Positions 11,216 through 20,206 of a stretch of DNA of 64,000 nucleotides are shown in pieces. A program made the position numbers and the translations under genes. The stretch lies in NCBI GenBank assembly GCA_964010765.1, contig CAXGMD010000007.1:678-64677 (forward strand), written 5' to 3'. The notes beneath the pieces are model-generated. The model saw only the letters and a list, made by a program, of their open reading frames with translations, was not told the DNA's origin and did no database searches. The DNA comes from an uncultured bacterium. Its GTDB lineage: Bacteria > SAR324 > NAC60-12. Numbering within the stretch: the first letter of the stretch is position 1; the number at the start of each line of letters is the position of its first letter.

Positions 11216-12814
11216 TTAGGCACTCCCGATGATTCTTTTGCGGATATTTTCATTTGTCAGTGCAGCGCTTACTAGAACTGCTCCCAAGAAGACTCTATAG
11301 AATGAGCCATCAACTCCAGGAATATAGAAAAAGGCCTCTTTCGCAATTCCGAAGATAACAGTACCAAGCAAAATCCCAAGGATGGTTCCGAATCCACCTG
11401 TAAGCACGACACCTCCGATTACAGCAGCAGCAATTGCTTCTAGCTCCTTCAGATTACCTTTTGCTGTGTCCGCAGTGTTAACTTCAAAAACCTGGCACGC
11501 AGCAAACATCGTAGCGCAAAAAGCTGTGAAGACAAACAGCGATATTTTCACACGATTTGTTGGAACCCCATTCGCTCTGGCAGCGCTGAGATTACCCCCG
11601 GTTGAATAGATCCAATTTCCTGCCTGAGTTTTACTGAGGACGATGTAGCAAAAAAAAGCCATAATCAGCCAAATCATCACGCAAGCATATAAACCTGGAG
11701 CAAACTGGTTCCCAAAGTTGTTGACATTCCAATCAGCTGTGTAGTAGAGCCAATCGAATAAGGGCTTGAGGATATCACCTCCAAAAAATTCTGCTACAGG
11801 TCTAGCTGTCGGAAGGGTGTCAATATAGGCCTTGGCTAAATCAAAATCCGTTACAGCTTTTGCTTTTACTTCAGGAACCTGTACTCCAGCATCTATCTTA
11901 GCCTGTAGCATTTTCTGCATCGCTTCATTACCAGACTGGATAGCATTGTCCAAGGAACGCTGGAGCGTCTGAGTCATTCTTGATTCTTGAAGAACTGTTT
12001 TGGTAGCTGCTACTTTTTCATTCGCATAGCTGAGTTGTTCAGTCAGTTTAGCAACAGTAGACTCTGGTGCAGTTTTGAGAACTTCTAGGAGTTGATTATT
12101 AGGTAATGACTTAGCAGCCTCACGTTCCATTTCACCAAGCCCAGGAACTTCAATAATATTTTTTATGTCAGGTAAATCGGTAACTGTAGTTGAACCTGCT
12201 GTTTGGTCTTCTTTTTTGTTGAAAGCTCGGTAACTAACCTCAGTCAATCCTCTGAGGAAGAAGAGGCCTCCAAGCGTAACGATAAAAGAAGAAATCCCTG
12301 ATTTGACAATAAACCACCCTTGGAACCAGCCAAAGGACAAAGTTAAACATAAAGTGATGAGGATTGCCGTCAAAGGCGAAACGTTTTGAATTTCAAAAAG
12401 TCGAAAACCTTCGATTGTGAAGCCATCAGCAAATGATGGATACGGAATGATAACAGCAAATCCCCACTTGAGGATCATTGCCATGCAGCCACCTGCAAAT
12501 CCGATCATTGAACCAACAGAGAGGTCAAATTCGCCAGAAATAATTAACATTCCAGCACCCAATGCGACGATTCCAAGTTGGGCAATGACTCGAAAGTTGT
12601 TCCGGATTCCGAGAGCGTTGAATCCTTCTCCACTGAAGGGATTGAGAGAGAATTGACCTTCTGGAATAGAGAAATAGCCAAGCATTCCGAATAGCAGCAG
12701 CATTACCCCAAGTGGTCCTATCTCAGGGCGATCAAGCATGGTCTGAAACCAGTTTTTTTGCCTGTGCCGATCGGCTTCATTTCTTTTTGCCGGGTTCAAT
12801 GTGTCAGAACTCAT
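11216..12814 (-). CDS. Sugar ABC transporter permease (RbsC/BPD_transp_2 type) with large soluble insertion
   Basis: ISGEFDLSVGS, ISSFIVTLG, GGNLSAARANGV, ELEAIAAAVIGG motifs; 532 aa versus the usual ~330-380. Confidence 0.88.
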   Translation of the reverse strand: MSSDTLNPAKRNEADRHRQKNWFQTMLDRPEIGPLGVMLLLFGMLGYFSIPEGQFSLNPFSGEGFNALGIRNNFRVIAQLGIVALGAGMLIISGEFDLSVGSMIGFAGGCMAMILKWGFAVIIPYPSFADGFTIEGFRLFEIQNVSPLTAILITLCLTLSFGWFQGWFIVKSGISSFIVTLGGLFFLRGLTEVSYRAFNKKEDQTAGSTTVTDLPDIKNIIEVPGLGEMEREAAKSLPNNQLLEVLKTAPESTVAKLTEQLSYANEKVAATKTVLQESRMTQTLQRSLDNAIQSGNEAMQKMLQAKIDAGVQVPEVKAKAVTDFDLAKAYIDTLPTARPVAEFFGGDILKPLFDWLYYTADWNVNNFGNQFAPGLYACVMIWLIMAFFCYIVLSKTQAGNWIYSTGGNLSAARANGVPTNRVKISLFVFTAFCATMFAACQVFEVNTADTAKGNLKELEAIAAAVIGGVVLTGGFGTILGILLGTVIFGIAKEAFFYIPGVDGSFYRVFLGAVLVSAALTNENIRKRIIGSA

Positions 12815-12826
12815 TTTGATCTTTAG

Positions 12827-12857
12827 AAAAAAAAAGGACTACATTTCTGCAGTCCTT
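12827..12857 (-). terminator. Intrinsic terminator-like hairpin between the sugar SBP and permease genes
   Basis: Minus strand AAGGACTGCA-GAAA-TGTAGTCCTT (10-bp stem, one G-U pair, GNRA loop) followed by a T run. Confidence 0.75.
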
Positions 12858-12884
12858 CTTTAATTTTAAATTTCTGTTATTCGC

Positions 12885-13811
12885 TTATCGGTCGATCCCG
12901 GCCAGAGCTGAAACAGAGGAAGCATTGGACTTGTCAACAAATCCGGGGCCAGATGGGATGTTAGCACCTGGTAACAAGCCTGCTGCATTGTTGTAAAGAT
13001 GCAAAACAATCACAGGCATGTAGCCTTGAAGGCGTTGCTGCTGATCAATAGTGAAAGACACTTTATCAGCATTAATCAGGTCCATAACTTCTGGACTTAA
13101 GTCAAAACAGGAATGATGGACACTCACACCCAAATCATCCATGGCTTTTGCAACACCAGAACAAACATGCGGACCAACGGATAGTACTGCATCGATTCCT
13201 GGATTAGCTTGTAGTGCAGCAGTAGCACGGGTGGTGATTGTCGCTGGATCAGAAGTGGTATCAACAAATTTAATGGGCACTGCTTCACCATACCCCTCAC
13301 ATCGGTCAACAAGAGCTGTGTTATAGGCTTCTTGGATCATACAGAGAGCGTTGGAGGCTCCTTCACTTTTTGCTCGTTCACCTGCTTTTTGACCAGCTAA
13401 TTTCTCAGGCTGTCCAACGTGCATCAGAGCCCCCAAGCTAGCTGAAGATTCAAGACCTGAGTTCATAGTTACAACAGGGATGCCTGCAGCAACAGCAGCC
13501 TTGATGGCTGGACCAAGAGCATCAGGATCTGGTAGGGATATTACCATACCACTTGGCTGTGTGGCAGCAGCAGCTTGGATTGAACTGGCCATATCAGCCA
13601 TATCAGCTGAAGGATTGTAGATGTATTCAAACTCAGCCCCAATTGCACGGGCAGCATCTTCACCACCTTTTTGAACTACTGGCCAGAAAGGGTCTTTCCC
13701 CTCACCATGGGTAATCATGACATAGCGTTCTGAGTGGCCTCCTGCGAGTGCTGTCCCTGCCAGCATCGCCACCACAGCGACAGCGGTCGCAAACGATTTC
13801 ATTAGTTTCAT
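12885..13811 (-). CDS. Sugar ABC transporter substrate-binding protein (periplasmic binding protein type 1)
   Basis: Signal peptide; ITHG..DPFWPVV..G, GIPVVTMNSG, HVGQPE, FTIDQQQRLQGY; heads the sugar ABC operon. Confidence 0.88.
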   Translation of the reverse strand: MKLMKSFATAVAVVAMLAGTALAGGHSERYVMITHGEGKDPFWPVVQKGGEDAARAIGAEFEYIYNPSADMADMASSIQAAAATQPSGMVISLPDPDALGPAIKAAVAAGIPVVTMNSGLESSASLGALMHVGQPEKLAGQKAGERAKSEGASNALCMIQEAYNTALVDRCEGYGEAVPIKFVDTTSDPATITTRATAALQANPGIDAVLSVGPHVCSGVAKAMDDLGVSVHHSCFDLSPEVMDLINADKVSFTIDQQQRLQGYMPVIVLHLYNNAAGLLPGANIPSGPGFVDKSNASSVSALAGIDR

Positions 13812-14000
13812 CTTGAGTCTCCAATCGATAGTTGAATTCGGGTTTTGAATCTATTTTCTAAGGATTAGCACATTTCGGGTGGGTTCCATTCCACTTTTGC
13901 TGGACCGCAAAATCTACATTCTGTAATTACGGGGTGCAAAGAGCTAGAAAAAGATTCTAAGCAGCTTTCAGAAAGATCACTTCCTATTAGCCAGCCAAAG

Positions 14001-14030
14001 AATATAGCTTGATGAGGTTAATTATGTCAA
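14001..14030 (-). promoter_or_regulatory. Sigma70-like promoter (proximal) of the sugar ABC operon
   Basis: Minus strand TTGACA (14030-14025), 18-nt spacer, TATATT (14006-14001). Confidence 0.5.
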
Positions 14031-14112
14031 ACATCTTTACAAAAATTGATATTTAAAAATAAAATTTAATATTTTAATTCAGTAATTTGTGAATAATTCT
14101 GATAAGTTAGAA

Positions 14113-14153
14113 TTGTCTGACCAAATCTTGATTCATCTTTGTGAATCTGTCAA
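14113..14153 (-). promoter_or_regulatory. Distal sigma70-like promoter with adjacent GntR/FadR-like operator
   Basis: Minus strand TTGACA (14153-14148), 17-nt spacer, CAAGAT (14130-14125), then near-palindrome TGGTCAGACAA (14123-14113). Confidence 0.45.
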
Positions 14154-14214
14154 AAGTGATAAAGCAATAAAAGTTGATACAACCAGGGACTTAAGAAATC
14201 AAATGAGTCTTTAG

Positions 14215-15024
14215 CTAAGATTTGGGGTCAAAGTAATCTCTTAGAGCGTCCCCCAGGAGATTAAAGATCAGAACAACAAACAGAATGGCAAGGCCTGGAA
14301 AAACAGAGACATGTGGAGCTTCCCACAACACATATCGTCCTTCAGAAAGCATAGCTCCCCAGCTTGGGGTTCCGGGTGGAGCTCCTAGGCCCAGAAAGCT
14401 AAGGCTGGATTCAGAAATGATAGTGCCTGCTAGACTGAAAGTGGTTTGGACAATCACTGGTGGCAGAATGTTTGGTAAAAGATGGAGGAACATCACTCTC
14501 CAAGCTGGCATCCCTGATGTTCTGGCTGCTAGCACGTATTCCTCTTCTCTAACCGATAATACCTGTCCTCTAACAAGCCTGGCGTAAGCAACCCAACCGA
14601 GAGCTGACAAGGCTAAGATGACATTGTTGATATCAGGCCCAAGGACCGCCACAAGAGCAATTGCCAACAATAATCCTGGAAATGCCAGGAGAACGTCAAC
14701 GATTCTCATTAACACAATATCTAGCCAGCCCCCAAAATAGCCCGAGAGCAAACCCAGGCTCACTCCAATCACTGTTGAAATACCAATGACCCAAAAGCCA
14801 ACATAGAGAGAAATACGCGCTCCTGCGAGCAGACGACTAAAAATATCACTGCCGTTTTCATCAAGTCCCATCCAGTGATCGAGAGAAGGTGTCTCCAGTT
14901 GACGGATCAAATCCATCTGGTCAATGTCATGCGGTGAAATCCATGGAGCCAGCAACGCTGGTATCACAAAAAAGCTGAGGAGGATTAGAGAATAAAGGCG
15001 AATACGGCCTAGGGGACGGCTCAT
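14215..15024 (-). CDS. Dipeptide/oligopeptide/nickel ABC permease (DppC-like)
   Basis: HWMGLDENGSDIFSRL, ARLVRGQVLSVREEEYV EAA loop, ESSLSFLGLG, NLLGDALRDYFDP. Confidence 0.9.
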   Translation of the reverse strand: MSRPLGRIRLYSLILLSFFVIPALLAPWISPHDIDQMDLIRQLETPSLDHWMGLDENGSDIFSRLLAGARISLYVGFWVIGISTVIGVSLGLLSGYFGGWLDIVLMRIVDVLLAFPGLLLAIALVAVLGPDINNVILALSALGWVAYARLVRGQVLSVREEEYVLAARTSGMPAWRVMFLHLLPNILPPVIVQTTFSLAGTIISESSLSFLGLGAPPGTPSWGAMLSEGRYVLWEAPHVSVFPGLAILFVVLIFNLLGDALRDYFDPKS

Positions 15025-15941
15025 GAGAGGCGAATACGAGGATCTAAATAAGCATATAGTAAATCAATCACTAGATTTACCATGACGTAACTTCCAGCAA
15101 TGAACAGCACACAACCCTGAACCAGTGGATAATTTCTACTGTTAATTGCAGAGATCAACAAGTTGCCTAGACCAGGCCAGTCAAAGATGGCTTCGGTGAT
15201 AATTGCCCCGCTCAATAAAACCCCGACTTGTAGGCCAATCACGGTGACGATTGGAATGAGAGCATTTCGGAGTGCATGACGAAATAGAATTCGTAATTCC
15301 GAAATCCCTTTTGATCTGGCGGTGCGGATGTATTCAGCCTGAAGAGTTTCTACAACCGAAGAACGTGTGATCCGAGCCAGAATGGAAGCCAATGAAGTTC
15401 CGAGGGTCAATGCTGGAAGAATGAGATGTTCTAAACCACCTCTTTCATTCACCGGTAACAGATCAAAATGGATTGAGAGCAGCAGGATCAACATTGGCCC
15501 AAGCCAAAAGTTTGGGAGGGAGACACCCAGCAAAGAGAAAATCATTGCTCCCTGATCGATCCAAGTACCTTTGTTGACCGCAGCAATCAGTCCAAGTGGC
15601 ATTGCCACCAGAATGGTCACGACCATGGCACCAAACATCAGTTCCATGGTTGCTGGGACGCGCTCCATGATTTCCTCAAATACTGGCTTCTTGCTGAAAA
15701 GAGAAGTCCCCCAGTCTCCCTGCAAGAGGTCCCCAAAGTATCTCAGGTACTGAACAATCAAGGGGTCGTTGAGGCCCAGTTGGTTTCGAAGAGTTTCTCG
15801 ATCAGTTCCGAGGGCAGAATCCCCCAGCATCAAGTCGACAGGATCACCAGGTATGAAATGTAGAAGCAGAAAGACGAGGGTTGCGACTCCCCATAGAACT
15901 GGAATCAAGAGCAGGAGTCGCCGCAGCAGGAAATTTCCCAA
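15021..15941 (-). CDS. Dipeptide/oligopeptide/nickel ABC permease (DppB-like)
   Basis: PGDPV, SLPNFWLG, EYIRTARSKG, ITEAIFDWPGLG, DLLYAYLDPRI; TTG start uncertain. Confidence 0.9.
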   Translation of the reverse strand: MGNFLLRRLLLLIPVLWGVATLVFLLLHFIPGDPVDLMLGDSALGTDRETLRNQLGLNDPLIVQYLRYFGDLLQGDWGTSLFSKKPVFEEIMERVPATMELMFGAMVVTILVAMPLGLIAAVNKGTWIDQGAMIFSLLGVSLPNFWLGPMLILLLSIHFDLLPVNERGGLEHLILPALTLGTSLASILARITRSSVVETLQAEYIRTARSKGISELRILFRHALRNALIPIVTVIGLQVGVLLSGAIITEAIFDWPGLGNLLISAINSRNYPLVQGCVLFIAGSYVMVNLVIDLLYAYLDPRIRLS

Positions 15942-15944
15942 GGC

Positions 15945-16265
15945 TCAGTATTCCTTGGAAGACACCGGTTGCTGCTTGGATTTTGTGGAAGAAGAGTCCT
16001 TCATGGTCTCATGTTGATTTGAAGTTGCGTGATTGGTCTGGTTCAACATGGACCCCATATTTTCCATCATGGAGTCCATGAAATTCTTGCTAAACTGCAG
16101 AGTTGGTCCCATCAGTTCGCTCACCACATCTTTGTCAACCTGCCCATCCTTTAGGTTTTGCTGAAATTGCTTGAGGAAGATCCCTTGAACGTCTTGAATA
16201 TCTGGGAGACCAAAGACCTCGCGAATCTCTTGTGGAGTGGCCTCAACGGAGATGTTGATTTTCAT
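15945..16265 (-). CDS. Small protein, DUF6489-like
   Basis: N-terminal MKINISVEATPQEIREVFGLPD resembles the DUF6489 pattern (from memory); AAGGA RBS; fits between leuD and dppB. Confidence 0.55.
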   Translation of the reverse strand: MKINISVEATPQEIREVFGLPDIQDVQGIFLKQFQQNLKDGQVDKDVVSELMGPTLQFSKNFMDSMMENMGSMLNQTNHATSNQHETMKDSSSTKSKQQPVSSKEY

Positions 16266-16277
16266 ATTTCCTTGCCA

Positions 16278-16898
16278 TTAATGGACAAACATCCAGGGAG
16301 CTTGTTTCTGGTAACTTGCCTCAAACTTCTCAATCGCTGACTGGAACTGTAGGGTCCATCCAATGTCATCCAGTCCGTTGAGTAGCCGATGTTTGACAAA
16401 TGGATCGATTTCAAAACTAAATGCCAATCCTTTGGGGCTCTGGACTTTTTGGTTGGGTAGATCAACTGTCAGTTCACAGCCAACATTGTCTTCAATTTCT
16501 GTGAAAAGCTGCTGTACTGAAGCCTCTGGTATAGCAACTAGCAAAATACCATTTTTAGCGCAGTTGTTGTAGAAGATATCAGCAAAACTCGGAGCAATAA
16601 TGCTGCGGAAACCATAATCGAGAAGAGCCCAAGGAGCATGCTCTCGACTGGAGCCACAGCCAAAGTTGTCCCCCGCAACTAAGATTTGAGCTCCCTGATA
16701 ACGGGACTGATTTAAAATGAAGTCTGGATTTAGCTTTTGCCCAGCATCGTCAATAAAACGCCAGTCATGAAAAAGATGAATCCCAAAGCCAGTCCGTTCA
16801 ATTTTCTTCAAAAATTGCTTCGGGATGATTTGATCAGTATCAACATTGACCTGATCCAACTTAGCTGCTGTCGCAGTGAGCGTTTGAAATGGTTGCAT
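16278..16898 (-). CDS. leuD: 3-isopropylmalate dehydratase small subunit
   Basis: [46 protein letters not shown]. Confidence 0.97.
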   Translation of the reverse strand: MQPFQTLTATAAKLDQVNVDTDQIIPKQFLKKIERTGFGIHLFHDWRFIDDAGQKLNPDFILNQSRYQGAQILVAGDNFGCGSSREHAPWALLDYGFRSIIAPSFADIFYNNCAKNGILLVAIPEASVQQLFTEIEDNVGCELTVDLPNQKVQSPKGLAFSFEIDPFVKHRLLNGLDDIGWTLQFQSAIEKFEASYQKQAPWMFVH

Positions 16899-16918
16899 TC
16901 TTATTCCAGTGGGATCAG

Positions 16919-18313
16919 TTAAAGAGTTCGTGGATCTGTAAAGTGTCCTGTGATTGCGGCAGCAGCAGCCATGACGGGACTTACCAAATGTGTGCGGCCG
17001 CCTTTCCCTTGTCTGCCTTCAAAATTTCGATTACTGGTCGACGCACATCGCTCACCGGGTTGTAGGATGTCGTCATTCATTGCGAGACACATTGAGCAGC
17101 CGGGTTCTCTCCATTCAAAACCTGCTTCGACAAAAACATGATGAAGCCCTTCCTCTTCAGCCTGATTCTTCACAAGTCCACTCCCCGGAACAATCATCGC
17201 GTGAACCTTGGAACTGACTTTGCGCCCCTTCACAAAGTCTGCGACACTGCGGAGGTCCTCAATTCGAGAATTCGTGCATGAACCAATGAAAACTCGATCG
17301 ATATTGATATCAACAATTGGGGTATTTGGTTTGAGATCCATATAAGCCAAGGCACGTTCGATGGCTCTTCTTTCGTTGGTATCTTCAATCTTTTGAGGAT
17401 CTGGAACTTGACCATGAATGTCTGTGACCATGCCAGGATTTGTGCCCCAGGTCACTTGTGGAAGGATATCTTCGGCTGTCAGAATCACTACTTTGTCGTA
17501 TGTAGCTCCATCATCTGAAACCAGCTGTTTCCAGAAACCGACCGCTTGCTCAAATTCATCACCTTTGGGGGCGTAGGGCCGATTTGCCAGGTATTCGAAG
17601 GTTTTCTCATCAGGAGCAACCATTCCAGCTCTAGCGCCTGCTTCAATGCTCATATTGCAGAGAGTCATCCTACCTTCCATCGAAAGTGCACGAATCGCCT
17701 CACCACAGTATTCAAGTACATAGCCAGTTCCTCCGGCAGTGCCAATTTTCCCGATAATCGCCAGTATGATGTCCTTGGCCCCCACTTTGTTTGGTAGAGA
17801 TCCATGGACTTCAATTTTCATGGTCTTCGGTTTCTGTTGCTGCAGAGTTTGTGTTGCGAGCACATGCTCTACTTCACTCGTCCCAATCCCGAATGCGAGT
17901 GCTCCAAAAGCTCCGTGAGTAGCTGTATGCGAGTCTCCACAGACGATAGTGGAACCAGGTAAGGTCAACCCTTGTTCAGGGCCTACTACATGTACAATTC
18001 CTTGTCGTTCATCATCTAGGTCAAAAAGTGTGATGCCAAATTCCTTGCAGTTCTGTCTAAGTGTTTCCACTTGTTTGGCAGAGATCGGGTCGGCAATTGG
18101 TTTATCCCTGTCCTTGGTTGGAACATTGTGATCTGGCACGGCGTAGGTCGCTCCAGTACAACGGATGGGGCGTCCCGCCATCCTAAGTCCCTCAAAAGCT
18201 TGAGGTGAGGTGACTTCGTGGACCAAATGACGGTCAATGTAGAGGATGGTATTGCCATCTTGTTCGGTGATGACATGGGAGTTCCAAATCTTTTCAAACA
18301 TGGTCTGCGCCAT
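16919..18313 (-). CDS. leuC: 3-isopropylmalate dehydratase large subunit
   Basis: [57 protein letters not shown]; start moved to ATG at 18313. Confidence 0.97.
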   Translation of the reverse strand: MAQTMFEKIWNSHVITEQDGNTILYIDRHLVHEVTSPQAFEGLRMAGRPIRCTGATYAVPDHNVPTKDRDKPIADPISAKQVETLRQNCKEFGITLFDLDDERQGIVHVVGPEQGLTLPGSTIVCGDSHTATHGAFGALAFGIGTSEVEHVLATQTLQQQKPKTMKIEVHGSLPNKVGAKDIILAIIGKIGTAGGTGYVLEYCGEAIRALSMEGRMTLCNMSIEAGARAGMVAPDEKTFEYLANRPYAPKGDEFEQAVGFWKQLVSDDGATYDKVVILTAEDILPQVTWGTNPGMVTDIHGQVPDPQKIEDTNERRAIERALAYMDLKPNTPIVDINIDRVFIGSCTNSRIEDLRSVADFVKGRKVSSKVHAMIVPGSGLVKNQAEEEGLHHVFVEAGFEWREPGCSMCLAMNDDILQPGERCASTSNRNFEGRQGKGGRTHLVSPVMAAAAAITGHFTDPRTL

Positions 18314-18469
18314 GGTCCCTCTTGCTGGATTGATACGAATGGTTGAGCTCGGCTGAACCAAGGATTCTATCTAAAGAGCCGTTGATTGAGGAAAGTCAAA
18401 AAAACCTAATATTATTGGTGAAAATACTGTGAGTCAAGTGATCAGCCGACTGTGTGTTTTATCTCAACG

Positions 18470-20140
18470 TTATTGAGATGCTGCTGGACTGGTTAGTGGA
18501 TCAATCTCAGTTGAAACCAGATTTGCTGGTGAGTAGAGTCTCAACGCACGAATGAGCCTTCCATCCTGCCTCATCAAGACCTCTCCAAGGTCAGCCAGTT
18601 GAACGCCCATTGTCCTTTCAAAGACTCGACTGGAGTGATCACAATCATAGAGAGCGCAAACAAAGAGGAAAGATGACTTCTTCACTTCCTCTCTTGGGGA
18701 CCAGAGATTTCTCTCCGTCTTCTCCAAGCTGTGTGGCCATGGATGGTTTGGGAAATAGAAACTAAGCGCACTGCTCAATTGATATTCTCTGCTGACAATG
18801 TATTGAGGATCACCCAATCCCCTCGTCTTTAGTAATTTCCTCATTTCATCAACAGTTTCTGGCCACTGAAGAAACTGATTGAATCGATTGCTGAAAGTGT
18901 CATGACTTACTTTTCGAAGTTGGTCACCATAAGCATTAATTTCAGAATCTGTGAGATGTTTGTTAAGAAATTCCTCAAAAGCGTCAAAGCTGTAGAGCCT
19001 TTTGTGATGTGCTTCAAGTTTGTTGATTACTTCTGCAGGGACACCATCACTAATCAGAAGTTTTGGACTGTCTAGTTCGTGAGCCTCCCATTCGTAAAGT
19101 GGATCATAGGTGTTAACGACTGCTGCGGTGATCAAGCCAGCATTGATAAATAATGCTGCTCCAACCAAGGCCAACCTATATTTTTTCCAATGAATTGAGA
19201 GGGCCTGCCCCAGAAGAATAGCTAAGCCAAGGTAAAAGAGGTTTGTCCAGTGCGGGTCTGCGATGGATCCTCTCAAACTCATGATGGTGAAGAAAAAAAG
19301 CGGATACAGTGAGAGTACCAAAATGACAGATTCAGGGTGTCGACCTGAACGAAAACGATCTTTCAAACTGGTTAAACCCAACCATCCCACCGTTGCCCAG
19401 AGAGGTGAAAATAAAAGTATATGGCCAATCAAAAAATGAAATGTGTTTTCACCAAATTCGTCACCACCCATTCCTCTGCCAAATTGAAAACGGAAAGAGA
19501 TCCAATCATGAGCGGCATTCCAAAAAATAACCGGCGAGAAGATCGTGAGTGAAATCACTCCAGCCATGTAGAGCCAGGGAGATTTCAAAATGTCTCGGGC
19601 GTCTCGGTAAATCAACGCATGAAAGAAAAGCCCAATGTAAAAGAGGAGCATGATGAATTTGGATAAGGCTCCAAGACCACAGACAATTCCTATGAAAATG
19701 AGCCACCGAGGATGAGGTTCACGGTGATAGTGGACGAGCAGCATTAGTGCTAGCACCCAACAAAAAACAAAGGGCTGGGTGATGTGAAGAAAGACTGTTC
19801 CCAATGTAAAGTAGGGCATTGAACTCAACACAAGTATTGTAAAGAGAGCTGCCCTAGTGTGGAAAATGGAGAGTGCTAAACGATAGATCAAATAAAGAAT
19901 GGATAAATTTACAAGCTGAGCACCGATTTCTAGGGTGGTCTCGTGGTGGCCGCCGATGGTAGTGATGATGCGTATCAAAAAAGCCACCATCGGAGGGTGC
20001 TCGTAGTACGAGGCACTCAAAAAACGTGACCACACCCAATGGTCCAGCATATCCGGATGCGGATTCAAAAATTGGTTCAGAACCAGAAAAATCAGAAAAT
20101 TCAGCGCAAGGATGACGAGTGCGGATAGATGAGTTCGCAT
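18470..20140 (-). CDS. GT-C / family 39 (ArnT/PMT-like) glycosyltransferase
   Basis: W.WSRFLSASYYEHPPMVA, GLGALSKF, SPVIFWNAAHDWISFRFQ; about 11 TM segments and a C-terminal soluble domain. Confidence 0.8.
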   Translation of the reverse strand: MRTHLSALVILALNFLIFLVLNQFLNPHPDMLDHWVWSRFLSASYYEHPPMVAFLIRIITTIGGHHETTLEIGAQLVNLSILYLIYRLALSIFHTRAALFTILVLSSMPYFTLGTVFLHITQPFVFCWVLALMLLVHYHREPHPRWLIFIGIVCGLGALSKFIMLLFYIGLFFHALIYRDARDILKSPWLYMAGVISLTIFSPVIFWNAAHDWISFRFQFGRGMGGDEFGENTFHFLIGHILLFSPLWATVGWLGLTSLKDRFRSGRHPESVILVLSLYPLFFFTIMSLRGSIADPHWTNLFYLGLAILLGQALSIHWKKYRLALVGAALFINAGLITAAVVNTYDPLYEWEAHELDSPKLLISDGVPAEVINKLEAHHKRLYSFDAFEEFLNKHLTDSEINAYGDQLRKVSHDTFSNRFNQFLQWPETVDEMRKLLKTRGLGDPQYIVSREYQLSSALSFYFPNHPWPHSLEKTERNLWSPREEVKKSSFLFVCALYDCDHSSRVFERTMGVQLADLGEVLMRQDGRLIRALRLYSPANLVSTEIDPLTSPAASQ

Positions 20141-20206
20141 ACTTCGGGGCTACACCATTAGGTGGTTGTTGTCGGGCGGCGACTGTTAGTCAAAGTCTCC
20201 AACCCA

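Noticed and set aside
10359-14032. 11-bp direct repeat TTATGTCAAAC flanking the sugar ABC operon (10359-10369 and 14022-14032)
   Set aside because: No integrase or transposase nearby; one copy is explained as a -35 element; the repeat is short and AT-rich, so probably chance.
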